The translations under genes and the position numbers were made by a program. DNA of 64,000 nt from Azolla caroliniana. Taxonomy: Eukaryota > Plantae > Polypodiophyta. Of the stretch, positions 24,601-37,200 are shown one piece after another. The DNA lies in NCBI GenBank assembly GCA_043228905.1, contig JBHGNT010000007.1, positions 16,492,001 through 16,556,000 on the forward strand. The letters run 5' to 3'. How positions within the stretch are numbered: the stretch's first letter is position 1; the number at the start of each line of letters is the position of its first letter. The notes under the pieces were generated by a model. The model ran no database searches. It worked only from the letters and a program-made list of their open reading frames with translations, and was not told the DNA's origin.

Positions 24601-26526
24601 AGATTTTGTCATCATAAGTAAAAAAATCCATGCATTATTCTGACACCTTTGCAGCTTAAAGAAAGTGAGCAGGCTCTAACTATTGCCCAAGAGCAGCAGA
24701 GCAATTTGATGAAACAGGTAAAGAGTTTATATACATGGAGGTAGTGATCTCCTGTACATATACATGCATATATAATACATATAGTATATGTGCATATATA
24801 CGTATACTATACATACACTGTATCCAAGGTTTCATTTTCTCCTATATGTAGTTCAGAGTGACTCTGAGTTGTGACATATTCCTCAATTATGTAATGATAT
24901 GCCATACATCTCTTTTGCATTGGCTATTTCAGAATGAAGAGTAACATATACTCTTATTTTAGCAACTTCCTCTATACATGCAACTTGTTTTTCAAATGTT
25001 TCGATTGGCTTACTTTTATGATTAATTGAATGGCTTTCAGTACAGCTGGAGACTAGTAGAGTAAGGGTTCTTGAAGATGTCTCTGCGGAAATTGAAGACA
25101 CAGTTATGGCCAGCCTAAGCAAGGTAGAAATGGATCATGATATAATAGCGTTGACACTTACATGGATGGAAAAATTCAGAAAAAATTAAGTCCTCACGTG
25201 TTGTATTGTAATAGTATTTGAAATTCTGTGATATAGTAGTGTTTCAATCCAGAACTTGATGTCTGGATTCTTCCACAGGCTGAAGCTTGTGAAAAAGAGC
25301 TGCAAATCTTGCAGAAAGATTATGAAAGGAAAGAAAAGGAATGGCAGGAAAAGTTGCAAGAAGCAAAGGACAACTTTTATCGAACTCAAATGATAACAGA
25401 AAGGCAAGGAATTTATTAAACCCATGCTTACAATTTATGAATTTGAGAAGTAAAAAGACATCAAATGTAGATGTTGGGCCTCCTCCTTACCTGTACCAGG
25501 TTTCAGCAAATTCAACAGAGAGAGAAAGGAGGAATTAGAAGTGTGCAAGTTTCAACTTCCAAGAGAAAAAAAATGATAAAGCGAGATTTATCATTTTAAA
25601 TTTCTATGTTAAAAAATCAGAACGTTTATTTCTGCGAAGTTAAGATGTTTTGATTTTGCATGACAATTCACAAATTGTACTATGTTTATGCTATCACATT
25701 TATCTTTAATAACGGGAGAAAAGGCAATCAGACAACAATGATAAGGAACATTTGAAGCATTATGTTGATCATTTGAAGCAGGTTTATCTGTACTTGGAAA
25801 AAATTAAATACTCAGACAGATCAACAATAATTTTTTTGTGTTGTGTTTTGGAGTGTAGGCTCACAGAATTAGAAGAAGAGAGACTGCAAATTCTATCACA
25901 GCTAGAGTGTGAGAGCAAGGCAAAGGAAGATGCTGAGGCTAAGGCACAAGCTTTGTACAATGATGTGCAAGCATTGAATGAACAGGCAAAGCTTCAAATA
26001 TTTAGAAGAAAGTTAATTTGATATTTAGGATGCGTTGGCTTTCCCTGCTTGTATTTCCATCCTAAAAGTATGACTGGTTTTCCTTCTCAGATGTTGAAGT
26101 TGAGAGCTGACCATATGCAAGAGAAGGAAGATATCCAGGTTTGTTTTGGTTGCCAACCTGTAATTATATCATTAAACATTCAGGAGGGTTATAAGCTAAC
26201 AAACATTACATAACAGGCAAAATTAAAGAAATTGGAGATGAAGGAGCATGAAATGGATGAATTGATTGTAACTTTGGATAGAACAACTACCCAGCTGAAA
26301 ACTCAGCAAGCTATTAATGTTGTTCTTATGAAGAAGAAAGAAGAGGTAACACAACCTTGTTTAAGCCAATCTAAACTTAATTATGTGATTAGGATTGAAC
26401 TGTATAATTTACTAAATAACGTATCTTTCCATCATGATTTGCTGCCAGATGGAATGGCTCTTTTTAGAGGCTAAAGCTGAAAAGGAAAACCTTCAAAAGC
26501 AGTGTAGAAGCTTACTTCATTCTTGA
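21681..26526 (+). CDS. Uncharacterised long coiled-coil protein, about 15-18 short exons
   Basis: Exon 1 (21681-21854) has poly-Ser and ends at K|GT. Many AG/GT-bounded E/K/Q/L-rich exons follow, e.g. ~24125-24219 TENEKLKKELEV, 25859-25985 LTELEEERLQILSQLE, 26217-26345 ...QQAINVVLMKKKEE and the last exon 26449-26526 MEWLFLEAKAEKENLQKQCRSLLHS*. The exon set is not fully resolved. Confidence 0.75.
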
Positions 26527-27299
26527 TTCCAGCCCCCCATTTCCAACCTTATGTAATTCACAGATGATTGTGTCAAATGATCCATGTCTAATTGGGGTAA
26601 GCCACTTTTGATACCTCTATCAAATGTGTCAGGTTCAAGTGAACATACTCTGGTTTTTGTTTTCAAGCTTGTGTTGTCCCATCCTCAACCGTCTTCAACT
26701 TTTTCCTCCCTGCTAATTTAAAAGCTTATATAATCTTTTGATAAATCAAGCTTTGAAAATGACAATGGCAATGGCAATGACATTTTGCAGTTGCGAAGCT
26801 TCAAGTATCATTGACACCAATGTATGGAATACATTGCTATTTGAAGCTTGGGCATATGTACATATATATATATTCTACCATTATGAAGTTTGATGTATTT
26901 ACTATTTGTAGTTTTTGGAAGTTACGTGCTAGATGTATAGTTTAAACTGTGTGCTATTTCCACATGTTTTCTTGTTATGACATATTCTTTATAGAATTAT
27001 AATTGATTGGGATTCTTATTTGCAATTTGCAACTTGTCTCCTTCATAAGATGTTGAAGGTTAATTATGGAAGTTGATGTTTCAAAAACCATCTTGTATTT
27101 GTAGGTTTGTCACATGCTATATGTATAGTTTAAATTGTATGCCATGTCTCCATGTTTTCCTTTTGTGAAGTATTCTTTCTAGAATTACAGTCGATTGGGA
27201 TTCTTATATGCAGTTTCCAGCTTGTATCCCTAATAAGATGTCAGAGGTTAAACTTTGATAACCGACACAATTCCCCATTGTCCTCTTATAACTTCGGCG

Positions 27300-29000
27300 T
27301 ACTTCCTTTGCCTTTCCTTAAGACCTTTGCCCTAAATTCGATTGCATATCAAACGGCATCTTTACTCTCTTGGTTGATCACTAATCAACACTAGTTACAG
27401 GCACGCTTAGACTGGTTTCCATAGGCAATTTAGGTGCATAGTTGAGGGTATCTTAGAGTCAAAGAGAAGTTAGAATCTAGAGTTGAAGGTAAGTCAGAGT
27501 TGAATGCTCTGTAAAGTTGAACGTAGCATTGATCCAAACAATGAATTATGTGTGAGATTAACATGTAATTAACCCAAAGAACGTGAGATTATAAATGAAT
27601 TTTACAAAATGAAGTCTAGATTGTTCTCTTTATAGGCTAAAAACGTTGGATAATGAAAGAAATTCCCGGTATGAAATTGGGTTTTACAAGATTTTGGAGT
27701 ATTTGATCAAATATGAACTAGAACCCTAAATTTCACAAAGATGTAAATGAAACCCTAAAACAACAAGTATGTATGGAGAAGAAGAAGAAGAAGAAGAAGA
27801 AGAAGAAGAAGAAGAAAAGATTAATCGGAGAAAGAAGTTCATGAGTGTAGCTTAAGGAGGAGATACTTGATTTTCGGTGCAACCCCCAACGATTGATGAC
27901 AATGTCGTCTCTTGTTGATGTTGGTCTTACATGCCCTCTTGGTTCGCTACCTTAGTTTCTTTGCTTCTCAATTTGGTAGAGCTTCCACGTCTCTCTTTCT
28001 TCCCCCCAACAATGAGTTCTCTTCATCTTTTTAGAGGATGAATGAGACTCTTTCTCTGAATAAAAGTTAGTGAGTGCTTTTTTATTTTAACTTGCACCTT
28101 GCTTTTTTTCCCCACGTTCCACTTACATACTCTACTTTTTCCCTTTTGACGCCTAATTCTTTGTTGTGTTCAACTCTAACTCAAAATATGTGTTTTTTTA
28201 TCATACCCTCGATCTATAATTAAACCTTTTTAACATTCTTACTTCAACTTATTTCCTCCTAATATGTGCTCCCCACATCATGACATCCACCCCCACCAAA
28301 CCTGCACATCCTTTGGTTTGTGCTAAGTGTGGTATTGGGGGGCATATCCACCAAGTTGGAACCTTTAATCATTGTCCTAATCTTTCTCTTTTAGCCATAA
28401 CCTGACTATCTATGTTAGATTGACCTAGAACCTAAACCAATGGTTTCTTATCTTTCTTTTTCCAGCACCACCACGACCATTCTTGTAATTTTTTGGACCG
28501 TTCCTTATAATCTCCATTTGACTCTAACAATCATTCGACACTAACGAGCCTTTGAGTCAGTCATTCTCTTAATAGGTTCTAGTCCACAATGGTTCCACTC
28601 AAGTAGCACACATACACACATAACTTCACAACACTATAATAAGATCATATTCATTTTCCAAAAGTAGTCAAAGCTCACTCCGATCCTTCGTATCTATTTC
28701 TTGTAAGAACAAGAGCACCTTGGTAGAATCTAGTATAGTTTGGTCAAGTGTAGATAGTTGACCAAATCTTTGCTCGAACTTTTGAAATGTCGCACTTGCA
28801 CTGAACATTTTGTTGGGACTATCCACTCAATCCATTAGATCATCATCATTCGGGATGAACCCTCAAAGCCATACTCGGAGCTCCTGATGCAAGTAAAAAT
28901 AATCTCTCAAGCACCTAGTGTGAGGCACCATATCCATCCCGTTAACAATCGTGACTACATCTCTCGTATTCCAGACAAAACTCAAACCCTTCATCTTTCA
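27300..29000 (-). mobile_element. Old degraded Gypsy relic related to the 47325-56084 element (3' LTR, PPT and integrase remnant)
   Basis: CATCATGACATCCACCCCCACCAAACCTGCACATCC at ~28276-28311 matches the Gypsy LTR/PPT junction CACGACATCCACCCCCAGCAAACCGCACATCC at 50282-50313. Weak integrase-like similarity continues to ~28950. The left limit is approximate. Confidence 0.5.
27775..27816. repeat. (GAA)n microsatellite
   Basis: Direct reading of the sequence. Confidence 0.85.
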
Positions 29001-29536
29001 TTGTCAATATAAGCTCTTGATAATTGAGTGATACGGACTTTCAATAAGATTGAATATTGCTTGTTAGTGACGAATCTCAGAAATACTAATGATTCAAATG
29101 CAAACCCACTCATTCATGGTAATGCTAAAGATGAAAATGAGCTATATCTTCTTTTTATTTTTAACTTGATCTTGTTACGTGTCCTTCTTGTCCTACCTTT
29201 GACCTATCTTCAACCTTTTATATATCTTTAGTTGGTTTCAATGGGGGGGAGGGGGGAATCTACCTTTTATATATAGTGCTTTTTCCTTTTATCTCAATCA
29301 TACGAATGTCATCCTCACGTGCTGGGTGTGCACATCATGGGTTAATTTCAGGTCCATGCATGTCTTCCTCTTAAACTTCCACCAATTTGATATACACTTG
29401 TTCCATTTTATCTATCATAGACCCAAAAATATGGGGGTCTTGAAACGTGTAAAAAGTTAAATGCGAAAGCTTATGCAAAACACATAATACATTTGGTTAT
29501 TCAGAATGCAACAGTTAGGTATATGCAGAGAATGGA

Positions 29537-29579
<43 letters not shown>

Positions 29580-29594
29580 GAAAGAGAGAGAGAC

Positions 29595-29912
29595 CAAACA
29601 ACAAGAATATATTCAATCTAATAATGCTCTGTACATACAATGTGCTTAGTGTGCACTTTTTATACAAGTCCTGAAAGGACTGATAGAAGTACTGACAAGT
29701 GCTTCAATGCTCATAAATGAGCTACTGATATGAACTCCCAAAAATATTCCTACGAGCAATATCAATCTCAACGGTTTTATGGCTCCCTGCCAATCCGGCC
29801 TAGCCGATTGGTCACTGTCTGATACGGCTCCTGGTTTCTTCAACCGATCCGGGCTTAACAGATCGGTTTTCATCCGATTTGGTTCTCGACTTCTTTAGCC
29901 GATCCAACCCAA
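29595..29912 (-). mobile_element. Degraded LTR of the C/D Copia family, minus orientation
   Basis: TTTATACAAGTCC...GGACTG(A/T)TAGAAGTAC...CTTCAATGCTCA matches the LTR at 38880-38940. It abuts a (CA)n tract at 29538-29576. Confidence 0.6.
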
Positions 29913-31718
29913 GTTGAGCCGTATCTGTATTCGGATTGGAGAGAGCCAGATCAGGGAGAGCTGGATCGGCTAGCCAGACTCAAGTATGATCTGGAAGGCT
30001 AGTAGTAGCCTACTCTAGACTACTAGGTGGTTATCGTCCTAGGAGTCAGTGTCAGTCGCTCGTGTGAGCATTGAAGTACTTGTTAGTACTTCTGTTAGTC
30101 CTTGATGGACTTGTATAAATAGTGCCGTGGAAGCACGTTGTATGTATAGAGTACATACAAAGTTTACATAGAATGTTGTAATTTTTTTGAAATAGAGTTT
30201 ATGTTTTGCTCTCTCTCTCTCTCTCATGTGTACACTGTGTTTTATTAAGGTTCCATTAAACCTTCTTCTCTGTGTTCTATCACCTTCCAGTATAGCCGGT
30301 CTGTCACCTAGCTTCCGCATGTATTCTTTTACATGGTATCAGAGCGCGAGGGTTGAGAACCTCTGCAATCGACAAGAGATTGTTGAAGACAAACCCTAAC
30401 ACCTAGTAAAGAATAGACAAAAAGAAGATATGGATAGAGGAATGGCTAGCTTGCTCTCGATGGAGAAGCTTGATAGATCCAACTACACATCTTGGTTGTA
30501 CAAGATGCACTAGTACCTGCTCGGGCATGGCTACTAGAGTTATGTCGACGGAACTAATGATATAACACCTGATGCGGCACATAGGGACTTCCCAACGTGG
30601 AAACAAGTGACAAGCAGGGTAATGTAGTGCTTTGCGTCCAGGGTCGGAGATCAGTTGCTGAGCCATATCCGAGACACCAAGACGCCGAAAGAAGCTTAGG
30701 GAAACCTGAAAAAGGTCTTTGCCACAAGCACTATGGCCCATAAGTCGCAACTTCGACAAGAGTTGAGCAATGTCCGACAGAAGGACATATCGGTGGCCGA
30801 TTACATAGCCCGGAGCAAGGACATATGCGACTCACTTGTCTCTATCAACATTACCATGGAGGAAGTCAAGATGGTGTAGGTCTGTCTTGGGGGCTTGACG
30901 TCGAAGTTTGGAGCTTTCTGGACGATGGTGTGTACAAGGGAGAATATGCAGTTGTTTTTTGACTTATAGTCGATGCTCCTTGTAGAGAACCACGCGGGTG
31001 CGTCAACTAGTGCGCACACTGAGGTGGGGAGGCCCCATAATCGTGGCGGATGAGGCAGGCCGGCACGCAATGGAGGCAGCCGGCAAGAGAAAAACCGGAG
31101 GCACAAAGATGGTGCTGACAATAGTTCTGGACCCTCCATAAGTAGGGCAATCAACCTTTGTGATAAAACACAAGGCTAACTCAATGAAGAAGACCACTTC
31201 CGGATCGGAGGAAGTGTGGTATGTTGATTTTGGAGCATCCAATCATATGACGAGCCATGAAGAATGGTTCAGTTTTTTAGAAAAACCAGAACAATCAGGA
31301 GTTGCTGAAACCGGAGACGACACTCCCCACCCGATCGTGCATGTTGGTGGAGTCCCTTTGAGCCATGTCGGCCAAAAGGGGAAGTTATTGAACATACTAC
31401 ACATTATGAAAATCACGAAGAACCTGGTGTCGGCCAGACAGATCGTCGACTAGGGAATGTAGGTGCAGTTTACGTACCTTGGGTGCGTCATTGAGGAGGA
31501 CAGCCGGATAATTGCGCAAGGGTGCAGAGATGGGAGGATATTCATCCTCAACACCAATGATGTTGGCTTCGCTATATTTGCGAAGGGACAAAAGATCGAG
31601 TTGGACATTGACCTGTGGCACAAGCAGATCAACCACATCAACTTTCAGAAGCTTCACGAGCTATAGTCGAAATAGGTGGTTTCCAGACTCCTGAAGTTCA
31701 GTCAAAATAGGTGGTTTC
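29913..31718 (+). mobile_element. Truncated Copia (C/D family): 5' LTR, tRNA-iMet PBS, degenerate gag-protease
   Basis: The LTR ends ...TTTTACA at 30333 and is followed by the PBS TGGTATCAGAGC (30334-30345). The gag (MDRGMASLLSMEKLDRSNY) and protease (WYVDFGASNHM) carry several stops. The element breaks off after DLWHKQINH. Confidence 0.85.
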
Positions 31719-32424
31719 ATGTTCTTTCAATTCTCGAACATCTGCTTTCTATAATCTTCTCATAATGCATCACATGCATATTAGACGAGTTTGATACCCT
31801 ATCCCCACCACATACATCTATACATGACTTCGTTGTACATATATTTTTCATTTCACTTACATCACACCTCATCGTGTCTAATTTTCCTTCTTTTAATGCT
31901 TCCTTTAACTCAATCTTGTTAAGGCGCTCATTTGTTTTGAAAGAAGCTCTTTTAAATTCTTGAATTTCTTTTTCAAGTTTGGTAGCCACTTTCTTAAGAT
32001 TTTCATTATCAATGGCAACAATTTAGAGCTTAGCATTCTCTTTCATAAACATCCTAATATCTTCACCTTGCTTGAAAAGAAATCAAGTGACTCATAAGCA
32101 TTTTGTCCATTGTGTTTATTGCATTGGAATCAACATTTGTTGGCGATTTCAGCTCATTATCAATCATACTCCTGAACTTTGAGGCAACCTTATGCATGTG
32201 TGTCATTGTAGGAAATGTACCTTTCACTTGATTTAGAGCTTCAAAATCTACCTTGCATTTGAGACACCATGGGGCAAAGATGGATGTAGATGAAAATGCT
32301 CATAACTTCTCGCCATGGTAACGGAATTCAGTAAATGAACATTCCTTAGAAAGAGCTTTCCAACAAGTTATAGAACATAAATAATGATGGCCGGAGACAA
32401 ACGAGTCAGACAAACAAGAGAGAC

Positions 32425-34210
32425 AAATTTTGGGTATTAAGAGGGAACTTACTGTTCCATACATCCCCTCTTCTAATGGTGTTTTTGAGCAATATAATGG
32501 GACACTTTGTGAGAGAGTGAGATGCATGTTGTCCACTGCTAATCTTCCTCATGGATTTTGGGGAGAGGCTCTCAAAACTACATACATGTATGCAATAGAT
32601 CCCCTCACATGTCTTTAAAGGGTGACATCCTTGAAGAGGTTTGGTCTAGGAAACCTGCTTCATATGATCACTTACGTGTCTTTGGCTGCGAGGCTTTTGT
32701 ACATATAAGGCCTGAGCTGAGAAACAAACTTGATGCCAAGTCCATTAAGGGCCTCTTCATGGGATATGGCGAAGAAGGCGAAATGGGTTATAGGATTTGG
32801 ATACCCTAGCTCAAGAAGGTTATATGCACCCGAGATGTTGTTTTCAATGAGGCAAGGCAGCTTGAAAACAATTGTGCCTCAAAAGATGACCATAAAAGGG
32901 TTAGATTTCAGCATGACCACCCGTTAGACCCAATTTTGACCATCAGGATCCACCACAAAGGACTGGAAATATTGATCATCTAGTGGTTTTGGGGCTAGAA
33001 GACGTTGGACAACAAGATGAAGATCCTGAAAGGAATATGTAGTCAAATAATAATGCTGAAAATGGTCTTGAAATAATGGACAACAACCTAACAATGATGA
33101 TTTAGACATGCCACCTAACGTTGATCCATTACATGACAATATGGATCATTGGCTGAGATGTTCTATTCGTATAAGACGAAATGTGAGTAGATTTGACCCC
33201 TCATCGCACTACATAATGTTGACCGATGAGGCAGAACCTCTTACATATAAAGAGGCAAAGGCATGTGAGCACAACAATAAGTGGGAGCTTGCTATGCAAG
33301 AAGAGATTAAGGCTTTGCATTCAAATAATACTTGGGACTTGGTTGAACTACCCAAAGGAAGGAAAGCTATTCCTAACAAATGGGTATATAAAATCAAGAC
33401 CGTTAATGACAAATCCAAGTATAAAGCAAGGATGGTTGCAAAAGGTTATGCTCAAACTAAGGGCATAGATTTTTAGGAAGTGTTTTCTCTTGTGGTAAAA
33501 ATGACCACTTTGCGAGTGTTATTCGCTATAATGGCTGCACTTGATCTGAAATTAGACCAAATGGATGTACATACAACTTTTTTGCATGGTGACATTGAAG
33601 AAGAGCTTTACATAAACAACATGAGGGCTTTGTTATTCTTGGAAAGGAACATTTGGTATGTAAGCTCAATAGAAGCTTGTATGGGTTGAAACAAGCTTCT
33701 AGACAATGGTACAAAAAGTTTGACGCTTTTATTCTCAAACATGAGTACAAAAGAAGTAATGTTGATCACTGTTTGTACACTAAAAGAGATGAAAGTGGCA
33801 ACCCAATCATTCTTGTACTATATGTAGATGATATGCTCATTGTTGCCAAGAAAAGGAGCATTATTGATGTCCTTAAAAAGTAGCTGAAATTTGCATTTTC
33901 AATGAAAGACCCTGGGGAAGTTGAACATGTACTCGGAGAAAGAATTAGGAGACAAAGGGAGCAACACACATTGTATTTATCTCAAGAAAAATACATTGAC
34001 AAGGTGCTGGACAGATTTTGTATGACTGACGCAAAGCCTCTAGGGGTGCCATTATAGCCATATGATAAAGTCTCTAAGGAAGATTGTCCTAAGACACAAG
34101 ACGCAATCAATGACATGCAAGGCATACCTTACGCTTCAACTTGTGGTTCACTTATGTATGCTATGGTTGCTACTAGACCTGATATTGCCTATGCAATGGG
34201 AGTTGTATAT
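32425..34210 (+). mobile_element. Degraded Copia pol fragment (integrase C-half plus RT), different family, no LTRs seen
   Basis: Motifs TVPYIPSSNGV, LRVFGCEAFVH, WVYKIK...YKARMVAKGYAQ, SLYGLKQASRQWY and LVLYVDDML, with frameshifts and stops. Confidence 0.85.
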
Positions 34211-37200
34211 AGGCCTATTTATAAAGGCTAAAAGTCACTCATCAACTTTTTCTCGTTACTTTTGAAGTTCAATGTGAACTTGACCAACCCTAAATGGGTC
34301 TTATAATTTAACATAAGTTAAAAACTTTTGGATCTCACTTCAAAGGTGAGCTCCTCCAACTACTGCTCTCTCTCTCGATCTTTTCTACCATAGCTGCACT
34401 ATTGCACCTAAAGGGCCTATACTAGGGGTAAATCATGAGTATTCCTTAGCCCTATTGACATCATTCCTAACCCTTACAGACTATAGCCACAATCATTACT
34501 TTTGGAGTACCAAGAGTAGATACTATGTGCATACCCATCAAAACTACTTTCCGAGCCAGTGTTAGATATGCAATATATTGCAACAAATCTACCTTCTCAA
34601 GTGGGAAAAAGGAAGGTTTTGTGGCTTTACGAAAGGTAGAAAACACCAATTCTTAAGAGAGAGAGAGAGTGACCAATGTCTCTAGGGAGACATAAATTGC
34701 CAACAACTCTCCTAAATCTAAGAAGTGGACACATGAAACCATAACAAGCTGCATGGTAAAGGTGGTATCATTCATGTTTGTGAAGAAGTATAGATTGCCT
34801 AACAATAAAAGTTATAACAGATTCCGGTTCAGGTTTTGCATGTACGTGAAGAAAAGCTTATGAACTGAAATCAATATCTGAATGAAAATAGAGAACAAAT
34901 CTTCCTTGATTCCAGCTCAAAGGATACAAACAACAGACCATAATGAAAATTGCAATATAAAGCATGTGATAACGAATTTGAATGGTCTGTGAAGCAATGT
35001 AAATCACAAGTATTCCCTATCTCATGTGCTAATGGTTTCTAACAATGGTTGAACTATTGTGACTATCTCGTTCTTCATTTATTTCTGAGGGCTTAATAAT
35101 AACTGAGCATGCTAAATTTGTAAAGTATTGTAACCATAAATGGTTTTCCTTTATGCTACATGTACTTTTTTATTGAACATAACAAATTATCTCCATGTTT
35201 GGAAGTAAGTAATTACATATATTTTAGTATATCACCTGTGGGAGAAAGATTTTGTTGGTCGATGCAGTACTGCCATCAAGCGATCTACTTCACCATTACT
35301 ATTGCTCGCGAACAAGCTACTCTAATCATCAACTGGATGCAATCGTCTACAATAAAAACCAATTGGCGAGATTTGATTTTGCAATCATATATATATAGGA
35401 AAACTTCAAAATAACCTTGCATTTTTCTCAATCTCTTGAAATACCCTTATATTTTCGTTATTTCCATAATGCTCTTTGCCAGGCAGGCCCATCTCAATTA
35501 ATGGTTTGTGCTATGTGAGAATTCATATGCTTAGTTTAATCCATTTTTCTATCTTTCCGGAGATGACAAGGGACATTTGAGGACTTAAAAAGACATAAGA
35601 GTAATTTGGGGGAATCAGAGAAAATTTTGCAGTATTTTTTGAGATATTTTCCATACCTATATTGATGTGAAAATAAATCACTATGGTGCACCTTCATCAG
35701 ATGGAAGTTTGGAGAGGTCATGTTTTAGAGTAAGGTGAAAACCAGACTCTGGAGGGTCAAAAATTTGTGTTATGGAGCCACATGAAGCTTTAAACTGTGT
35801 CTATTGCACCAAAAGGAAAAGGAAGTGCTATTGACAAAAAGCATTACTTTAGCATCATTTGATGAGGCCTGCAAAGAAGTTAACATCATTCGCAATTGCA
35901 GTACTAGCCATAATAACAAAGAATTAGCATCACCATTTTCATGCTTCAGAATTGGGACTTCATGAATAATCATCAATTTCTGCAATCCTAGCTATATTGG
36001 GCTCCAAACTATTCGTTATCGGCATTTGGTTTGAATAGCATAGAAATAAGCCCTTACAAGATGATAATGGAGCTCAATTGCCCGGTCCAAACTAGATGTA
36101 AAAAACAACATCACCAAAATTGGGCCGAAATAAAACCTAAACTTACCACAACTAAAACATTTGTAACACATAACAAAAGATTGAACAATATTTTGAGAGT
36201 TTCTAGTACATTAAATTATGCTAGAATCAAGGTTAGTATGGTAACATTATATAGCACCCGGCCTCTAGGACTCGGAAAAGTTCCTTTGATTTTTGAATAT
36301 GCATCATGCGAGGTGAGGTATAATATATTTTATAGGTTGAAAATGGGGAACATAAACTTGCGTTCAGAGGAATTTGTGATTTCCAAAACTAGTAAAATCT
36401 ATGCAAATTTTACAAAAGACAAAAGAAAATTGATTTGGAGGAAGTTTTTACCGAGTTTAAAGAATGTATATTTTTCTGCACAAAACTAGATTCCCACAAA
36501 TGTGTGTGCATGTGTGTATATAAGTGTTTATATATGAAAATACATGAGAACATGTCAGCCGACAAGTAATTTGATTAGTTAGGAAATGGACAGAAACATC
36601 GAATTCAGCAAAAAACAATGGCAGTGGTATATTTCACAACCATATATACTCATTGATCTTCTAGAAAAAGGAATAGATATGCATATAGGATAGATAGATC
36701 CATTTTCTAAAGAAAAGGGAAAGGAATGTTTGTGTTACCAACAAAACAGGAGAAAGAAAGAAAAAACATAGAAGCCAAAAATGAAGGGGGGGATACACGA
36801 GGATTACTTACTATCGGAGTCGATACAAGAGTCGGTTAGCTGAATTCGGTCTGAAAGCCAAAATGGTATTCGATCGAATAGAACTTCAAACGAATATATA
36901 TATATATATATGGGATGAGTTAGTATATATAGTGAGAGGCAAACTAGTTGCATTTGTATGTGGGATAACTCACTGAGAGTAAAAAAAACATAGTGAGAAA
37001 AAGTGAGAAAGAAAACTTAAGTGTGTAAGTGAGTGTGTGAGGAGCTCGAAAACACGTTGCAAGAGAAGAGTGACACTGAGAATGACAGAGAGCTAACACA
37101 ATAGTGGATATGAGAGTGACATAGCTTGAGAAGATGAGTGTGAGAGGAAGAAAGAAGAGTGCAACAGAAAGGAAGAGAGACAAAACAGAGAAGATTTAGA

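Noticed and set aside
35236-35346. Possible minus-strand exon (AG...CAG|GTGAT) of a gene whose intron might contain the TE nest
   Set aside because: With the better acceptor all three frames contain stops. No partner exons or recognisable protein motif were found.
36031-36489. 152-aa ORF
   Set aside because: TTG start, AT-rich and no recognisable motif. It is probably chance or TE-derived.
36781-36793. PPT-like TGAAGGGGGGGA just before the truncated 5' LTR of element B, hinting at a tandem element
   Set aside because: No upstream pol sequence and no LTR TG start follows it.
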